From the NCBI RefSeq assembly GCF_036588685.1, contig NC_086378.1, forward strand, positions 61,566,001-61,630,000: DNA of 64,000 bases, given 5' to 3'. Positions 51,501 to 64,000 of this stretch are shown in pieces. A program made the position numbers and the translations under genes. The number at the start of each line of letters is the position of its first letter. The stretch's first letter is position 1. The notes under the pieces were generated by a model. That model saw nothing but the letters and a program-made list of their open reading frames with translations. It ran no database searches and had not been told where the DNA came from. This DNA is from Mytilus trossulus (Eukaryota).

Positions 51501-54500
51501 TAAAGTAGAAAGAAGAATAGAGATATGAAATGAGAAAAAAAGTTTCCTGAAAGAGCTTTTGAGCGAAGTTCGAACTCCAAACCTCAGTGTTGACTGGTTA
51601 GTGATAACAGTAAACAACTTAGACCACTGGGTCATGGATAATCAAGGAAGAGAAGCAAATAATACGTTGCTAATGTAGTTAAAAGTCGAAAAATTATAAT
51701 ATAAAATCTCCAATGCAGCAATCATACACTCACCTTCCTGTTCAAACGTATGAGAAGTTGAGAAATAATCTGTTTTCACAGTAAGGCGATACATAGACGT
51801 ATCGACATCACATACTGGTTTCAGTTGAAGCGTTGCAATTTTAGCTTTTACTGGAACGTCCTTGTTATGCATATTTACAATATGTGTGGTTGGTCTTACA
51901 TTTGGTCTTTGATTTTCTGATGAATGTAATAGTCTTCCATTCTTATACCAAGTAATTGTTGATATTTCATCAAAAGAATAAAATTCAACACTAAGTAAAC
52001 ATTCTGCTTTTGAATTATGCTTCACTATAGAGTTGTTAACAATAACAGGTGGACCTGAAATGAATAGATCGGTTGCTGATTTTATAAGCATTTGTCTGAT
52101 CGTCACGATACAGAACTGATTCAATAGTAAACGAATTACGTTTTAAACGGTCTTTTCGTCTAAACAATACAATAATATGTCATGTTCAGCATTTCAGTCA
52201 ATTCAGACGTATCAACTTTGGTAAATGCAATTCTATTTAGACAGTTCGACTGCAGTCAATTCGGTTCTGTTTGCAATTGGTAGCATTTCAGACAATTCAG
52301 TATACTGATGTGTACATAGGCAAATAACAGCTTCTGAAAGTTTTAACATGTTAATTGATGGAAAGCGTTATGTATGCAAAATGCTGTATTTACGACAGTA
52401 AATAAGTAAAACAAGTTGACGATGATAATCCCTCACATTTTTTGTTCAGATCAAATGACCGTTTGAGATCAAAATTGATTCAATAGTGTCGTAACGACCA
52501 ACTGTAATTTCGAAAGTATTTGTATACAACATTTAATTAAGATGCTATTGAGATTTGAAATAAAAGTTACACAGGTGTTTCACTTTAGCTGATAACAGCT
52601 TGGACTGTATTTAAATGTAAATAAACTCATCATAGATACCAGGACTAAAATTTGAATATACACCAGACGAGCGTTAATAGCATATGTATCTAAGGAAAAT
52701 GCAAAACGAAGTCCCATGTCAAATGACAAATTCAAAAGCTCCAACACATCAAACGAATAGAAAACATGTCTTAGTACAGTTATTTATTGGTGGTTTAAAC
52801 CTAGTAATCTTACAACCAGCGAAACCTTTTACTTGTATGACAGTTATATAGCGTTTAAGACATCGTTTTATCCCTGGTTTTATTTATGAATTCTCTTGAT
52901 GTCTAGATATCTTTTGGATGTTTTAGGGAAGTTGCAAAGTCGGTGTTATCAGTTTACTCACATGTTTAGTTTATTCAAATTTATAAATCAAACGTGTAGA
53001 TGTAGTTACCTGCATTTAAAATAATGTACAAGGCAAACAATATTAACAATTGTAAGTTTAAGAAACTCAATTAAACATATAAAGTCATATTCCATCTGCT
53101 CGATTTGTGTTCTTATGCCTTGCTGTTTTAATGTGTTTTTAGTTTTTATTACAATTGTAATTTTCTGAAGTGTTCATTTAGTTGATAAGTCATCTGGTAT
53201 GATGGTTTTAAACCAAGTTAAATCCACCATCTTCTACATTTGAAAATGCCTGTACAAAGTCAGGAATATGGCATTTCTTGTCCATTCGTTTTTTATGTGT
53301 TTTGTCATTTGATTTTGCAATACATTTTATCGCTAATCCCGGCTGACCCGGCCGCTTGAACTTTTGACGCAAACAACAATCACTTTTCCATTGTGGCGTC
53401 AGAAATTTTGTATTGTGACGTCAAATATTTACGGGAACCTATGTGATATCCAGCAATGGCGGACAGATAGCGATACGGTGTATGTGATAAGGGACTTTCC
53501 GATTTGTTTTCCTCTGAGTTTCAGTATTTTTGTAATTTTACTTTTTAGAAACAATTTACTATAAATTGAATACATTTATTTTGTTGAGTTAGTTTTCAAG
53601 TTTAAACTTCGACATGACCTTTTTGCACAGTTACTTTCAAAAGCGTTTATTACCATCAATTTATATATATATATTTTTTTTTTACCTGGTACACTTAGAA
53701 AAGTGGTTGAATAAAAAACCGTTGTGTTCTTTCGTATATCTGTTATGCTGCATGTATAGTTCCCTATATCTTCATATGTACAGAATGGTATATGGATAGA
53801 AGTCTGTTTCCCTGATGAAAGTCCAAATAATGGACGTATTTCAACATCATTATAGTGGTGAAACCACTTTCCAAAGTGAAAAACGTCTGATAAGTTATCG
53901 TCTTCACAGGTGAGTTTTATCTCTGAATTACTTTCACACACTTCCTTTCTATGTGATACATTATATCCTTTGTCTGAAAAGGCAAAAAGGGAGGGAACAC
54001 TGCAAACCAACTTATTTTTGCGACTACTTATTTGCGCGTTTAGCCTTTTCTAGGCCCCTTTGCTGCTCCTTAATGTCGTGTTTATTGCATTTACTGGATG
54101 TAGTTAAATCAGAAAAATGCAATTTATACATATTTGCAAAGATATTCTAGTTATTTTCTGCTCGCCTAATTCGCGAACTTAAATCGCACGCGATAATAAG
54201 TTGCTTTCCAGTACTCAAAATTAATTAAGAAAAAAAAATGTAGAAAAAGCTACGGAATTAAATCTAAAGATAAAGCTATATATTTATTACATATGTCTGT
54301 AAAATTTCATTAGTCAATTGTCTAATTCATCAAACCCAGATCTCTTTACAAATACCGATACACATATATACGAAGAATATTGATTATTGTTCTGATGATT
54401 GTTTGTGTCAAAATCTTAATTTCTTTAATCTAAATGTTGTCTTTTTGTTAAATTGAAAGTTCCAAAATGTAAGCAGAGATATACAAAGGGGACAATAAAA

Positions 54501-57500
54501 ATCAAGAAAACCACGGAATAAATGAACACCACAAAAATACAAACAGAAAGAAAAAGAAAAACATACAACTAAGACAGAGGGACGAATAAAAACTAAAACA
54601 GGGGATCAACACTTTAGATTGTTAATAGTTCATGTTCACCTAGTAAGGTCGTGTTAATCATTGCAAGGAAGGACTCAGCTGCAAGTCGCATTCAATAATG
54701 TGACAATCGAGGTCAAAAAGGACAAGATGTGGTAACAACAAGTGAAATATAACTGAGATCGTTTGTGACACTTAAATTCCATAGAGAATAAACAAAATCA
54801 TGATGACGTTCGTTTCGAAGGTTATTTCAAGTATATTATTTGAAACCATTAGTACACTAGATTCCTCATAAGTAATAACTCTCTTTCAAGAAAATCATAA
54901 AACCTCAACCCTAGAGAAGGGTATACACTGGGAGATATTTACTCAAAATGACTTCTTAGATGTAGCCGAAACATACAATTGTAAATGTTATTTATAATTT
55001 AACACATAAAACATTTTTTTAAAACTTTATTAACTTGTTGAAATGTCGAAATACCACACAGTCATTAAAACTATTACTGTCGTCAGAAATAGGTTTTTGG
55101 AAGGGCTCACTCTTTCGTTTTCAATGATGTTTTGAGTATACTGTTGTTTGTCTTTTGGTCTTGTATTCTGCCATGGTGTTTGTAGTTTATTTTCGCCTTA
55201 CAAGTTTGAAAGTCTCTTTAATAATTTTCGATTCCTCTTTTTGAACGTATTTCTTCTGTAACCTGCTTTGTCATATTTTGTTTCCATTGAATTATCTAAG
55301 AATAAAAGCAGCCAGAAATTTGAATTTAACGATATCATGGGTAAAGACATCGGAGACCAAAAGCGATATCTTCTATGAATTGGTCGATTTAAATTTCCTT
55401 CTTTTTTCCTGCATATGTTATTTATTAGGTTAAGATCATTAGAAGGTATATGCGAAGTATTCATTTTTTCTTGTATATGAAAATAAAACTTACAAGGGAA
55501 TATGTGAATTTTCAACATTGACTGGCTGTTCGATTTGTTAGAACTACATCTACATATAGTATCATCATCCTTTATGTCGGCCGTAAAAACATTTTTAATT
55601 AAAGTAGCATCGTCAATAACTTCCTGTTTTATGTAGGTTACATTGTCACATGATAAATCTAGACTACTTGCGTCTGACTGGATAATATCGTAACAAGAAA
55701 TTGATGCTTGTTCACCATCTATAAATTGTCCATCCATTTTTAACATGGGGGTTTTGTTAAACAGCTCCCCTGCAAAATTATTCATTGTATGTCAATTTTA
55801 TGACATAGATGTTCAACACACTTTGCAATGATATTAAGTTTCATTATTCAAATACATAAAAAGAATTCGTCTTATCATCATCTCCAAAAATACATTTCTA
55901 ATCAGTTGATCAGGAACCAAGCCAAAACTGAAAATTATGTTTATAAATTCTTTGCCTTTTATAATATTGTTTATTCAAGTATTACTGATAAGTCGTTTGG
56001 CCTCAAAGTGCGCGTCTCAAAAAATATTAAGCCAGACAACGATGATAAAAAAAATTATTGAACAACTTCAGCTTCCCTACAAATAGCGTTTTCTCAAAGA
56101 ACAATAAACATCCTACATCTGCAATGCTCTCATTTTTGTAAGATCTGTTTTACCATCCTTATGTTTAAAAAAAATATATCTATACAGTCATGATTTAGGA
56201 GGAAGATATACACGAACTCTTTTCCCCTAATACATTATTCCATATGCACATATATTGTGGAATTTTCATTATATACCTGTTTCATCAAAGTAAAATTTCT
56301 CTTCGATGACACCATTTGAAACAATCATTCCATTAACATTACTTGACAGGCAATCCATAAGGCTTATAACTCTTTTCTGTTTAGTTCTGAATTTCTCCAT
56401 TTCTTTCAAGACAGACCTGTTTAATGGACCCTGTTGAAATTTGACCTGTCTGTTATTTGTCCACAAAGACTCAATGCTTATGTCTTGCAAGCTTTCAAAA
56501 GTTACAGTAATCGAACACAGTGTGGCATTAACGTGTTTGGTATGAATTCTCTTCATAATAATTGGTCCTGTAATGAGACAATCTCTGTATAAAGATATAC
56601 ATAGTATATGACAAATAACAAATAAAAAGCGAGAATGTTCATCCACTTCCAAAGTCGTTATAGTACTAAATAAATTGATTGTATGATGGCTATACAAGAA
56701 CAAATACATGTATCTTATCATGTTTATATTTTTGATTTTGTCTTGTATGCATTATCAACCAAAAGATATAAATAAAATGTAAAATAATAACTTTCGAACT
56801 GCTAGGAAAATCCAAATCGGTAAGTCAATTAAATCAAATGTCAAAATCAAAAGCTCAAACACATCAAACGAATGGAAAACTACTGTAATATTTTTGACTT
56901 GGTACAGGAATTTTCTTTTCACCTGGTTTATCAGATACATAAACCTCTCACTTGTATGACAGTGACATACAATTTCTTTATATTGACAGCGACATAATGA
57001 TCCATTCATCGGTTGATTTCTAATATTTCGTAAATGAGTTTCTTTTTCAAGATTTTATTATTGTTTAGGTTTTTGTGGATTCTAATACTTGCGAGTCTTC
57101 AATGCAAGTCATGTGTTTGACTATGACATTGGAAATATTTCTGGTTTTCAGTAGAATATAACACTGAGTTCTTATAACCATTCTTGTATACTTTAATATT
57201 GTCAAATTTGGAGATACATAATATTACAAGTGTCCCTTTTAAACCTTAAAGAACAAATTATATTAATACATGCCTTGTACATATAATTCTGTCGATGCGT
57301 TTGCTATGATACTATTATTTTTCCTAACATCAACTACTGTGCAATAGTATATGCCCATTTTTTCGTAAGTGCTATTATTGACTGTTAAGAGTGTTGTTTC
57401 ATTTGATATAATTGACGATATGAGACTTTTCTCTTCTTTTCCATTCGTATATTCCCAGTGTCCAAAGGCAAAAGGGTATTGTAATACAGGTACACGACAT

Positions 57501-60500
57501 GCTAATGTTGTCGAGGTATCATAGACAACGTTGGTTATTGGGGATAACTCGAATGAAAAGTCATCTTAAAAACATAAAACATGTACGTTACAGAAACTTC
57601 AAGAAATCAAAAGAGTTTCCGCCTATGATTTCATTTCATACAGTAATTAAAATTATCACGGTTTCATATCTATTGCATTTGAAATTTCAATCAATAATCA
57701 AGATGTAAAACAACTTTGACAACTAAAGATTATTATACCTTTTTAAAAGTATGATATGCATATTTTAAGGATTGTTTGTTTAATAGAGATGCTGAAGATA
57801 CCAGAGGGAAATCCAAACTCTTTATTAGAAATGTGCCCCGAAAGAGTAAGCAGATCATGCTCCACATGTGGTACCCGACGTGGAGCGTTTATTAGTACGA
57901 ATCCAGTAATAAGTCTTACTCGGTAAGCGGTAAGAAACATTTGTGAAAAGGGCACGGATTTGTAGTTACTACATAAGGAACATAACCCTCTATCATCTGC
58001 GAAACAGATATTCCATAACGGCCAATCAACTGGTGAAGGCGTCCGTAAAATTCCCAATAGGATGATTTTAACTTCATCACTTGAAACTCTTGCTTTAGTA
58101 GCTTCTTTATGAACATCAGCCATCTATTATAGGAAATACAAGCCCAGGAATTTCGTATTGACAGGAGATATATTTTCCGTATGACGGCGCTGCTGGAATG
58201 TTACTGCATAGAAATGGAAAGTTAATAATTGGAAAGCTCAAAATTATCTCTTTTGTCATAAAGTTTTGTTTCCAACCGACCCTGGAGCTCATAGACAATT
58301 TTTATGTGTAATTCATGATATAAGGCAGACTTAATTGTATTTTTTTAATTTGAATTGCCGAATCTTTAAATTCGCATCTGGTGAGGTAGAATTGGCACCA
58401 TTTATATTAGATAAGGATTCATCTTTCTATAAAATGATTAACTCATAATACCTTCTAGTATTCACATGTGTAAATGCCTTAAAACAGATTTATATCAGTG
58501 ACTCTTTTTACAAAAAAATCGTAAAAGTAAATAAAGGCAACAGTAATTTCCCGCTTTTCGAAATTCAGCAATCGGTTGAGAAAAAAAAATATATTGGGGT
58601 TACAAACTAAAACTGAGGGAAACACATTAAATATAAGAGGAGAACAACGACATAAAAGAAACGAACTATAATATAACAATTGCCATTTTCATGACTCGGT
58701 ACAGGACATTTTAAGAAAAACAAGGTGGGTTGAACCTCCTTTTATGGCAATGTTAAATATAACATTAACATGACAAAATCACATGACAGACTAAAATCAC
58801 TCGTAAATTGTAACCATTTCATTTAATTTTTTTAATTTCAGACGTAAGATTTTTTTTGTTAAAAGAGCCAACTCTCGCAGAATAAAAAAATCATCCACTT
58901 ACAAGATTTGTGTCGATTAAAAATAAGGATCGTACTTACACATTTTCCATAGATTTCAGAATTTAATTTCTAATTTAAATAAATATCTTTACTTTAAAGG
59001 CATTGGCTATACTTACATTGGTTTATAACCAGTTGGAGCTCAGAGCTCATATCAAAACTCATATCCTTCGATTGAGTTGTACACGTGCATTTTGTTCTAT
59101 TCTGATCTATATCAATTGATACATTTAAATTTAAACAAGTAAAGTTGTCAATTTCTTGAGTAATGAGTTCTCCGTGGCACTGAAATGACAGAGTAGTGTA
59201 TGTACTGTTTTCTCTTTGAACACAACACTTGAAATCCACACTTTCTCCATCAACAAATGGACCAGGAGGTGTTATGGTTGTAAAGTTGTATGCATCATCT
59301 AACATGTCTAAATAGTAGGAGAGAAAATATATAACGTTATATATAACATATATGTAAAGACGACACTTGCGTCAAACGTACATCGTGTTAAAGCTGGTTT
59401 ATTTTGTGATTTAAGTGTCGATTCATATTTCAGCTTATATTAATTCCATTCCTTTCTTAATTAAATACAATATTCAAAAGCATAATTATATTTGTATTCC
59501 TTAAAATAAATTGTCATTTTATTTCTTAATAGCTACAAACTCAGATGGTATAGAAAAGAAATTATTTCAAAAATGAAATTTAAACAAGTGAAATGTTAGT
59601 ATGCTTCTGTCTTTTGATAATATAGCTTTTTATGGTCGATGTTTTGTCGAAACAGACTAAGATCTTTAGCCTTTACGGAATGTAAAAGTTATTGGTCATT
59701 GCATTTTGATCACCCCAAACATAAAATCGTCATTGGCTGAATTTGCATTGTTTTTAATGTTTTAACCAATCAAAATGTTTTGAAAATAGTTTCCCGTAAT
59801 GCTTCAGAGTTTAAAACACGTATTAACTCAGACGTGTTCTAGAGGTGTTATAGATCGTGCACATTGTGTTGGCACTTGTCCAAAGACCGTATACATATAT
59901 ATTGGTATCATAAAATTTGGATGTTACCTTTGATAAAAAAATCGTTCACGTTTGCAGTAGTTTTTCATAGACAAAATTGGAGATGTGGTATGATTGCCAT
60001 GTTTATTCACCAAAGTACATTTTCGTTATTTTTCAAATTGGGTTCAATGTTATGTTTTTTTCCTTGGTATATAAATAGAAAAGATACATCAAAGATACAA
60101 GGCTAATTAAACGCACAGATATTGTGAGTATTTCAAGCCAAACTTTTCGAAAGTTGTGTCAAATACGACCCTCACCATCTATGCCTGGGGTAGCAATATC
60201 TATAAACGTTAAAATATAAGTGCATATTTTTTTTTTCAAACCAAAATTGCGACTTCATGGCTGGTGATAATTTCGAGGTCGAAAAGTCATCCAGCAATTG
60301 ACTCTTTCCAGTGGTTGTAAAAGTCATCAAATTGCATATAGAAATATGATTTATGAAAACAATCCATCATTGACACTGCAATTAAAACAGCTGCACAATC
60401 ATAAATGATAAATTTACGTTTAAGTTATTGGTTTAATTATTCAGAATAAGAAGGATGTCAATATTCAAATGGAAACCCGCCGTCCGATTGAAGCTAAACG

Positions 60501-62675
60501 AAATGTATCGAGGACTATTGATATATACATGATATATAATCTAGCTCATAAGCTAACAGTCCACAAAAAGACAAACCCCCATAACCTATTGAACAAAACT
60601 AATAAGATTGAGAGTTTGTCTCTTCTTAATAATATTGGAGAAATAGTACTTACCTAAGACTCCAATGGTAGTGGATTTATTTAAAACATCTGCTGAGGCC
60701 GACAGATACGTACAAATCATTGGTCGTTTGTGATCGGTTATATCAACATCGTATACATTCAGGCTGTACAAGCACTGGACTGAATTGCATGAAAACTCAA
60801 ATCTTCTAGCTTTTATAATTGTTTCATTGCACAATCCACTGAATAATTGTTGAACAAGTCCGAACGATAACACCGCACTTCCGGTCTCATTGCATGGTAT
60901 AACAGAACACGTAAATGTCACATTTCTTCCGATCGGAACTATTGTTCCATCATTCGGTGATAAATCTAATTCAAGCTGTACCGTTCCTAAAACAACACTT
61001 TAATTTTAATAAATCTTTATAAATCTTTCATACATGTATGGTGTCTTCGCAAATAAATATTCATAAAATATTCCTAACGTTATTTTTGAAGTGATAACAA
61101 GATACTGTATAAACAAGGAAATAAAAGAGGGTATGGTGGGTGGTATTTTAAGGCACAACGAAGAGCATGACAGAAATTGTCGTTTATCGTCATTCCCTAC
61201 GCCTATATTACCCTGCTCTGTCGCTCCGTAATTCTCGTATCAAGAAATCAAAACGAGACCAGGCATAATCAGCGACGAGACCGATAATCTATACATGTTT
61301 GGTACAAATACATGCACAAATATGTTAAATAAATGGAAATAACACCAGTTATGCAGAAAGTTTTACATATATCAAATATTGACTTGTGTAAGAACTAAAA
61401 ATATTGCAAAAATTTCAACGTGTAAGATACTGCTAAATAGTACCCATGTATTCTCATAAGACAAGGATACAAAAAGAATAAAGACACCTTCAGCGACTAA
61501 AAACAAGAAGATAAGAAACTATTATCATACTTCTGCTTATAGACACTGTGAAAACTAATTTGAAGCTTTCAATAAAGTAAAACAACAACTTATCAAAATA
61601 TTTAAGGTCAGTGAGAGTAGGATAGTCATCGCCATTTTGAAAAGTTGGATTGACAATTTGCCTTTCCTACCTGGTTTTATGCAGTTCCTGGTAAGATGAC
61701 CTAATAAAAAAGATTCTGACATGTGCTGCACCTAAACTTACGAATTAGTCCTTCTGCACCTGAGACCTGATGAAAAACAGAGAGAATTGAATTTACTTCT
61801 GATCTTCAAAAAAGAGGGACGAAAGATACCTGACTCATAAATCGAAAATAAACTGACAGCGCCATGGCTAAAAGATACCAAACTCATAAATCGAAAATAA
61901 ACTGACAACGCCATGGCTAAAAATGAAAACACAAACAGACAAACAATAGTACGCACGACACAACATAGAAAACTAAAGAATAAGCAAAACGATCACAATT
62001 GATGAAACGTGCAAAAAGTACTCGTGCCTATCAAGTCGGTCTAAACAATATTTTATTTTGAATTATGCACATTACACTATAAAGAGGGTGGTAAAGGGGG
62101 TGCTTGCACGGAAAAAACGTGAAATAAGACAGAATTTCTGTCATGAACGTTGCACGAAAAAATAAAGACTTTGATGAGAACCTTTTGTGACTGAGTCACT
62201 GTCTTCATGTATGTGTAAACTCTCTGTTGTTCTAGAAAACTTCAAAATCGATAAGGAACAACATCAAGGGCCTTTCCGCTTTATCAAAAAATAAAATTGA
62301 ATCCATTTTTTCTGGACGATCCCTACCAAGGGTGAATTTTATTTAAAAATACGGAGCACGCAAAATAAGCATTTGAAAATCGCGATGCACGTTAAATTAA
62401 ATAAGCAGAACACGTGTCTTGCACGACTGAACGTCAAATAAAAAAGTAAAAACACGTTGAACGTTAAATAAAAAACGGCGATCACGTTGCACGAAAATAA
62501 CCCTTTACCACCCTCTATATAAATACACCTTAAAAAATAGGATTCAGAAACGAGCAACAAGTGTTTATATATTGTCTTCTTTTCAAGTTACTGCTAACTT
62601 ACCTGTGAGGAATAAAGCTGTCAGTATCAAATAACTCACACCAGTATCTCTGTTTGACTCACTATGTCTGATCAT
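48501..62675 (-). CDS. Type I membrane receptor, paralog B: signal peptide, 7 Ig-like domains, TM, tyrosine-motif tail (~820 aa, 12 exons)
   Basis: Exons 62675-62603, 60986-60654, 59307-59017, 57564-57274 (GC donor, not in ORF track), 56567-56277, 55769-55494, 53973-53686, 52054-51734, 50956-50861 (TM), 50076-50043, 49472-49390, 48586-48501. Total 2463 nt in frame. Eight exon lengths are identical to paralog A (333, 291, 276, 288, 321, 96, 34, 86). Confidence 0.85.
57830..58290 (-). mobile_element. Degraded fragment of a second Penelope-like (Naiad-type) RT family in an intron of receptor B
   Basis: GRLETKLYDKRDNF / SFPIINFPFLCSNIPAAPSYGKYIS / EFYGRLHQLIGRY across several frameshifts, same motifs as at 4360-4958. 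Confidence 0.75.
62083..62516. mobile_element. MITE with 16-bp TIRs in intron 1 of receptor B
   Basis: AGAGGGTGGTAAAGGG / CCCTTTACCACCCTCT in TA-rich flanks, with internal GCACG repeats. Confidence 0.7.
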
Positions 62676-62811
62676 TTTACGTTAGCAGTTTTAATCATGC
62701 ATGTACTGTTCACGTTGATATATATATATTTCTTTCCAGAAAATAATATTTACACGTAATAACAATTTTACTGATAGAGGAATCGGAATCTATTTTCAAT
62801 GTTCAATACAC

Positions 62812-62880
62812 GAGGAAACTAGGTCAAACGGAACTGAAAAGGCACTAAAATGTATTCTGCATTTATTTCCGTAATTCAAT
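62812..62880 (-). promoter_or_regulatory. Conserved upstream block of receptor B
   Basis: GAGGAAACTAGGTCAAACGGAACTGAAAAGGCACTAAAATGTATTCTGCATTTATTTCCGTAATT matches 43558-43655. Confidence 0.6.
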
Positions 62881-63339
62881 TTAGCGTTTCCTTTATTTTT
62901 TTTCATTTTTAATTGATTAAATTCATTTGTTTATAATTATTTAAGGATACTCGTGTTCTCTTGGTTTTTTTTAGACATTCTGAAAAATATCATACTTTTA
63001 TGTAAAATAAATTAATAAATTATAGTACAAAAAGCTGAGTCTTTAGAACAGTTCATCGATAACTAGAACTATCATAGTGTATATGTCGTGTACATTTTAT
63101 ATAATTGTACAAGTAATAACCTGTACAAATTTTGTGGAGAAAAAGATAATAACTTGTACAACTCATTATCTTTCGTATTTTTCAAAACTTATATTGTGTT
63201 TGTTTTTTTCTGTTTTTATTTTCAAGTGTTTATCAGTATTGTTTTTGAAATGTTAGAAGTTTACAGTTGAACGAAGGACACAAAGTAATACCATAATCTC
63301 ACATGACACCTTATGCAAATTTAGCTAAACAGCTAGATG

Positions 63340-63898
63340 CAGTGGCTTATTCAAAGCCCTGACTGCAACCGGCCTACTGGGTGTGGCCTATATGACTCCA
63401 TGTGTCGACCGCTATTCACAACTTCATTTTCGTTTCCGATTCATTCGTAGCCTTTTGGTTGATTTGTATCCCACGCTTCCATTGTTGAGTGAAACATTTC
63501 AACCAAACATTTCAATGGATAGAAAGTTCTTTTTTTTACTTTGTGTCGGTCGTATTGTAAATTTTATTGAATAGCCGTATATATTGTTCACAACAAGAAA
63601 TCTGTAAAATTATGCTAACTATAACCATACAACAAACGGGAATTTTATATGTCCATTTTTCCTGACAAATTCCACTTCAAATATATTAAAAAGTACATAG
63701 CTTTGGATCCATTCAATCATTTTATAATAGACAACCAATGTAGAGAATACGGCACCAAAAATGTCCAACCCCTACACTTTAACTAAAATGCACTTTACAC
63801 TTATTTTATGTTTTGTAGCCAAAAAAAAGGTCCCAAAAACATTTAAAAGAAATTTAGGACTTCGCCCCCCACTTTCCAAAATCCTGGATCCGCCCCTG
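63340..63898 (+). mobile_element. Non-autonomous relative of the hAT element at 1-2572
   Basis: 63650-63898 aligns by eye with 2273-2572 (GTACATAGCTTT.GATCCATTCA, GAGAATACG.CA.CAAAAATGTC, GCCAAAAAAAAGGTC, CCTGGATCCGCCCCTG). Degenerate left end CAGTGGC. Flanks AGATG / CGATG. Confidence 0.75.
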
Positions 63899-64000
63899 CG
63901 ATGCCACGTAAATACTAACATCTTGTGCAAGGTGACATGCTCGTTAAAAGCAAGTTAAGTTAAGGGGTTCTGGCAGTGCATGATCCACTTGTATGCTCCA

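Noticed and set aside
51560-51636. tRNA gene (A/B-box-like motifs on the minus strand)
   Set aside because: No convincing cloverleaf. More likely a decayed SINE head.
33940-60986. Duplicated Ig exons as a Dscam-like mutually exclusive exon array
   Set aside because: Each set has its own signal-peptide, TM and terminal exons and its own upstream block, so they are two genes.

Overview
AT-rich, intron-containing animal genomic DNA. The repeat landscape resembles that of a bivalve such as Mytilus (inference). Left to right: (1) the 3' part of an apparently intact hAT DNA transposon, with three non-autonomous relatives elsewhere in the window that show 5-bp target-site duplications; (2) a 5'-truncated Penelope-like retroelement whose 3' UTR contains a well-formed SECIS hairpin; (3) nested Helentron/HINE-type repeats with ~150-bp arrays; (4) a 958-aa AT-hook/C2H2 zinc-finger gene (- strand) with a candidate spliced, overlapping 55-aa uORF; (5) a degenerate type II membrane C-type-lectin-like gene; (6) two tandem paralogous type I membrane receptors with 8 and 7 Ig-like domains. 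I reconstructed these exon by exon (13 and 12 exons). They share a GC-AG intron, a 34-nt micro-exon and an upstream conserved block, but their tails differ: paralog A has two canonical ITIMs, paralog B has lost both and has YEEI. The lectin plus Ig-receptor pair looks like a small invertebrate immune-receptor cluster with paired-receptor-like divergence. All gene models are manual predictions without transcript evidence.
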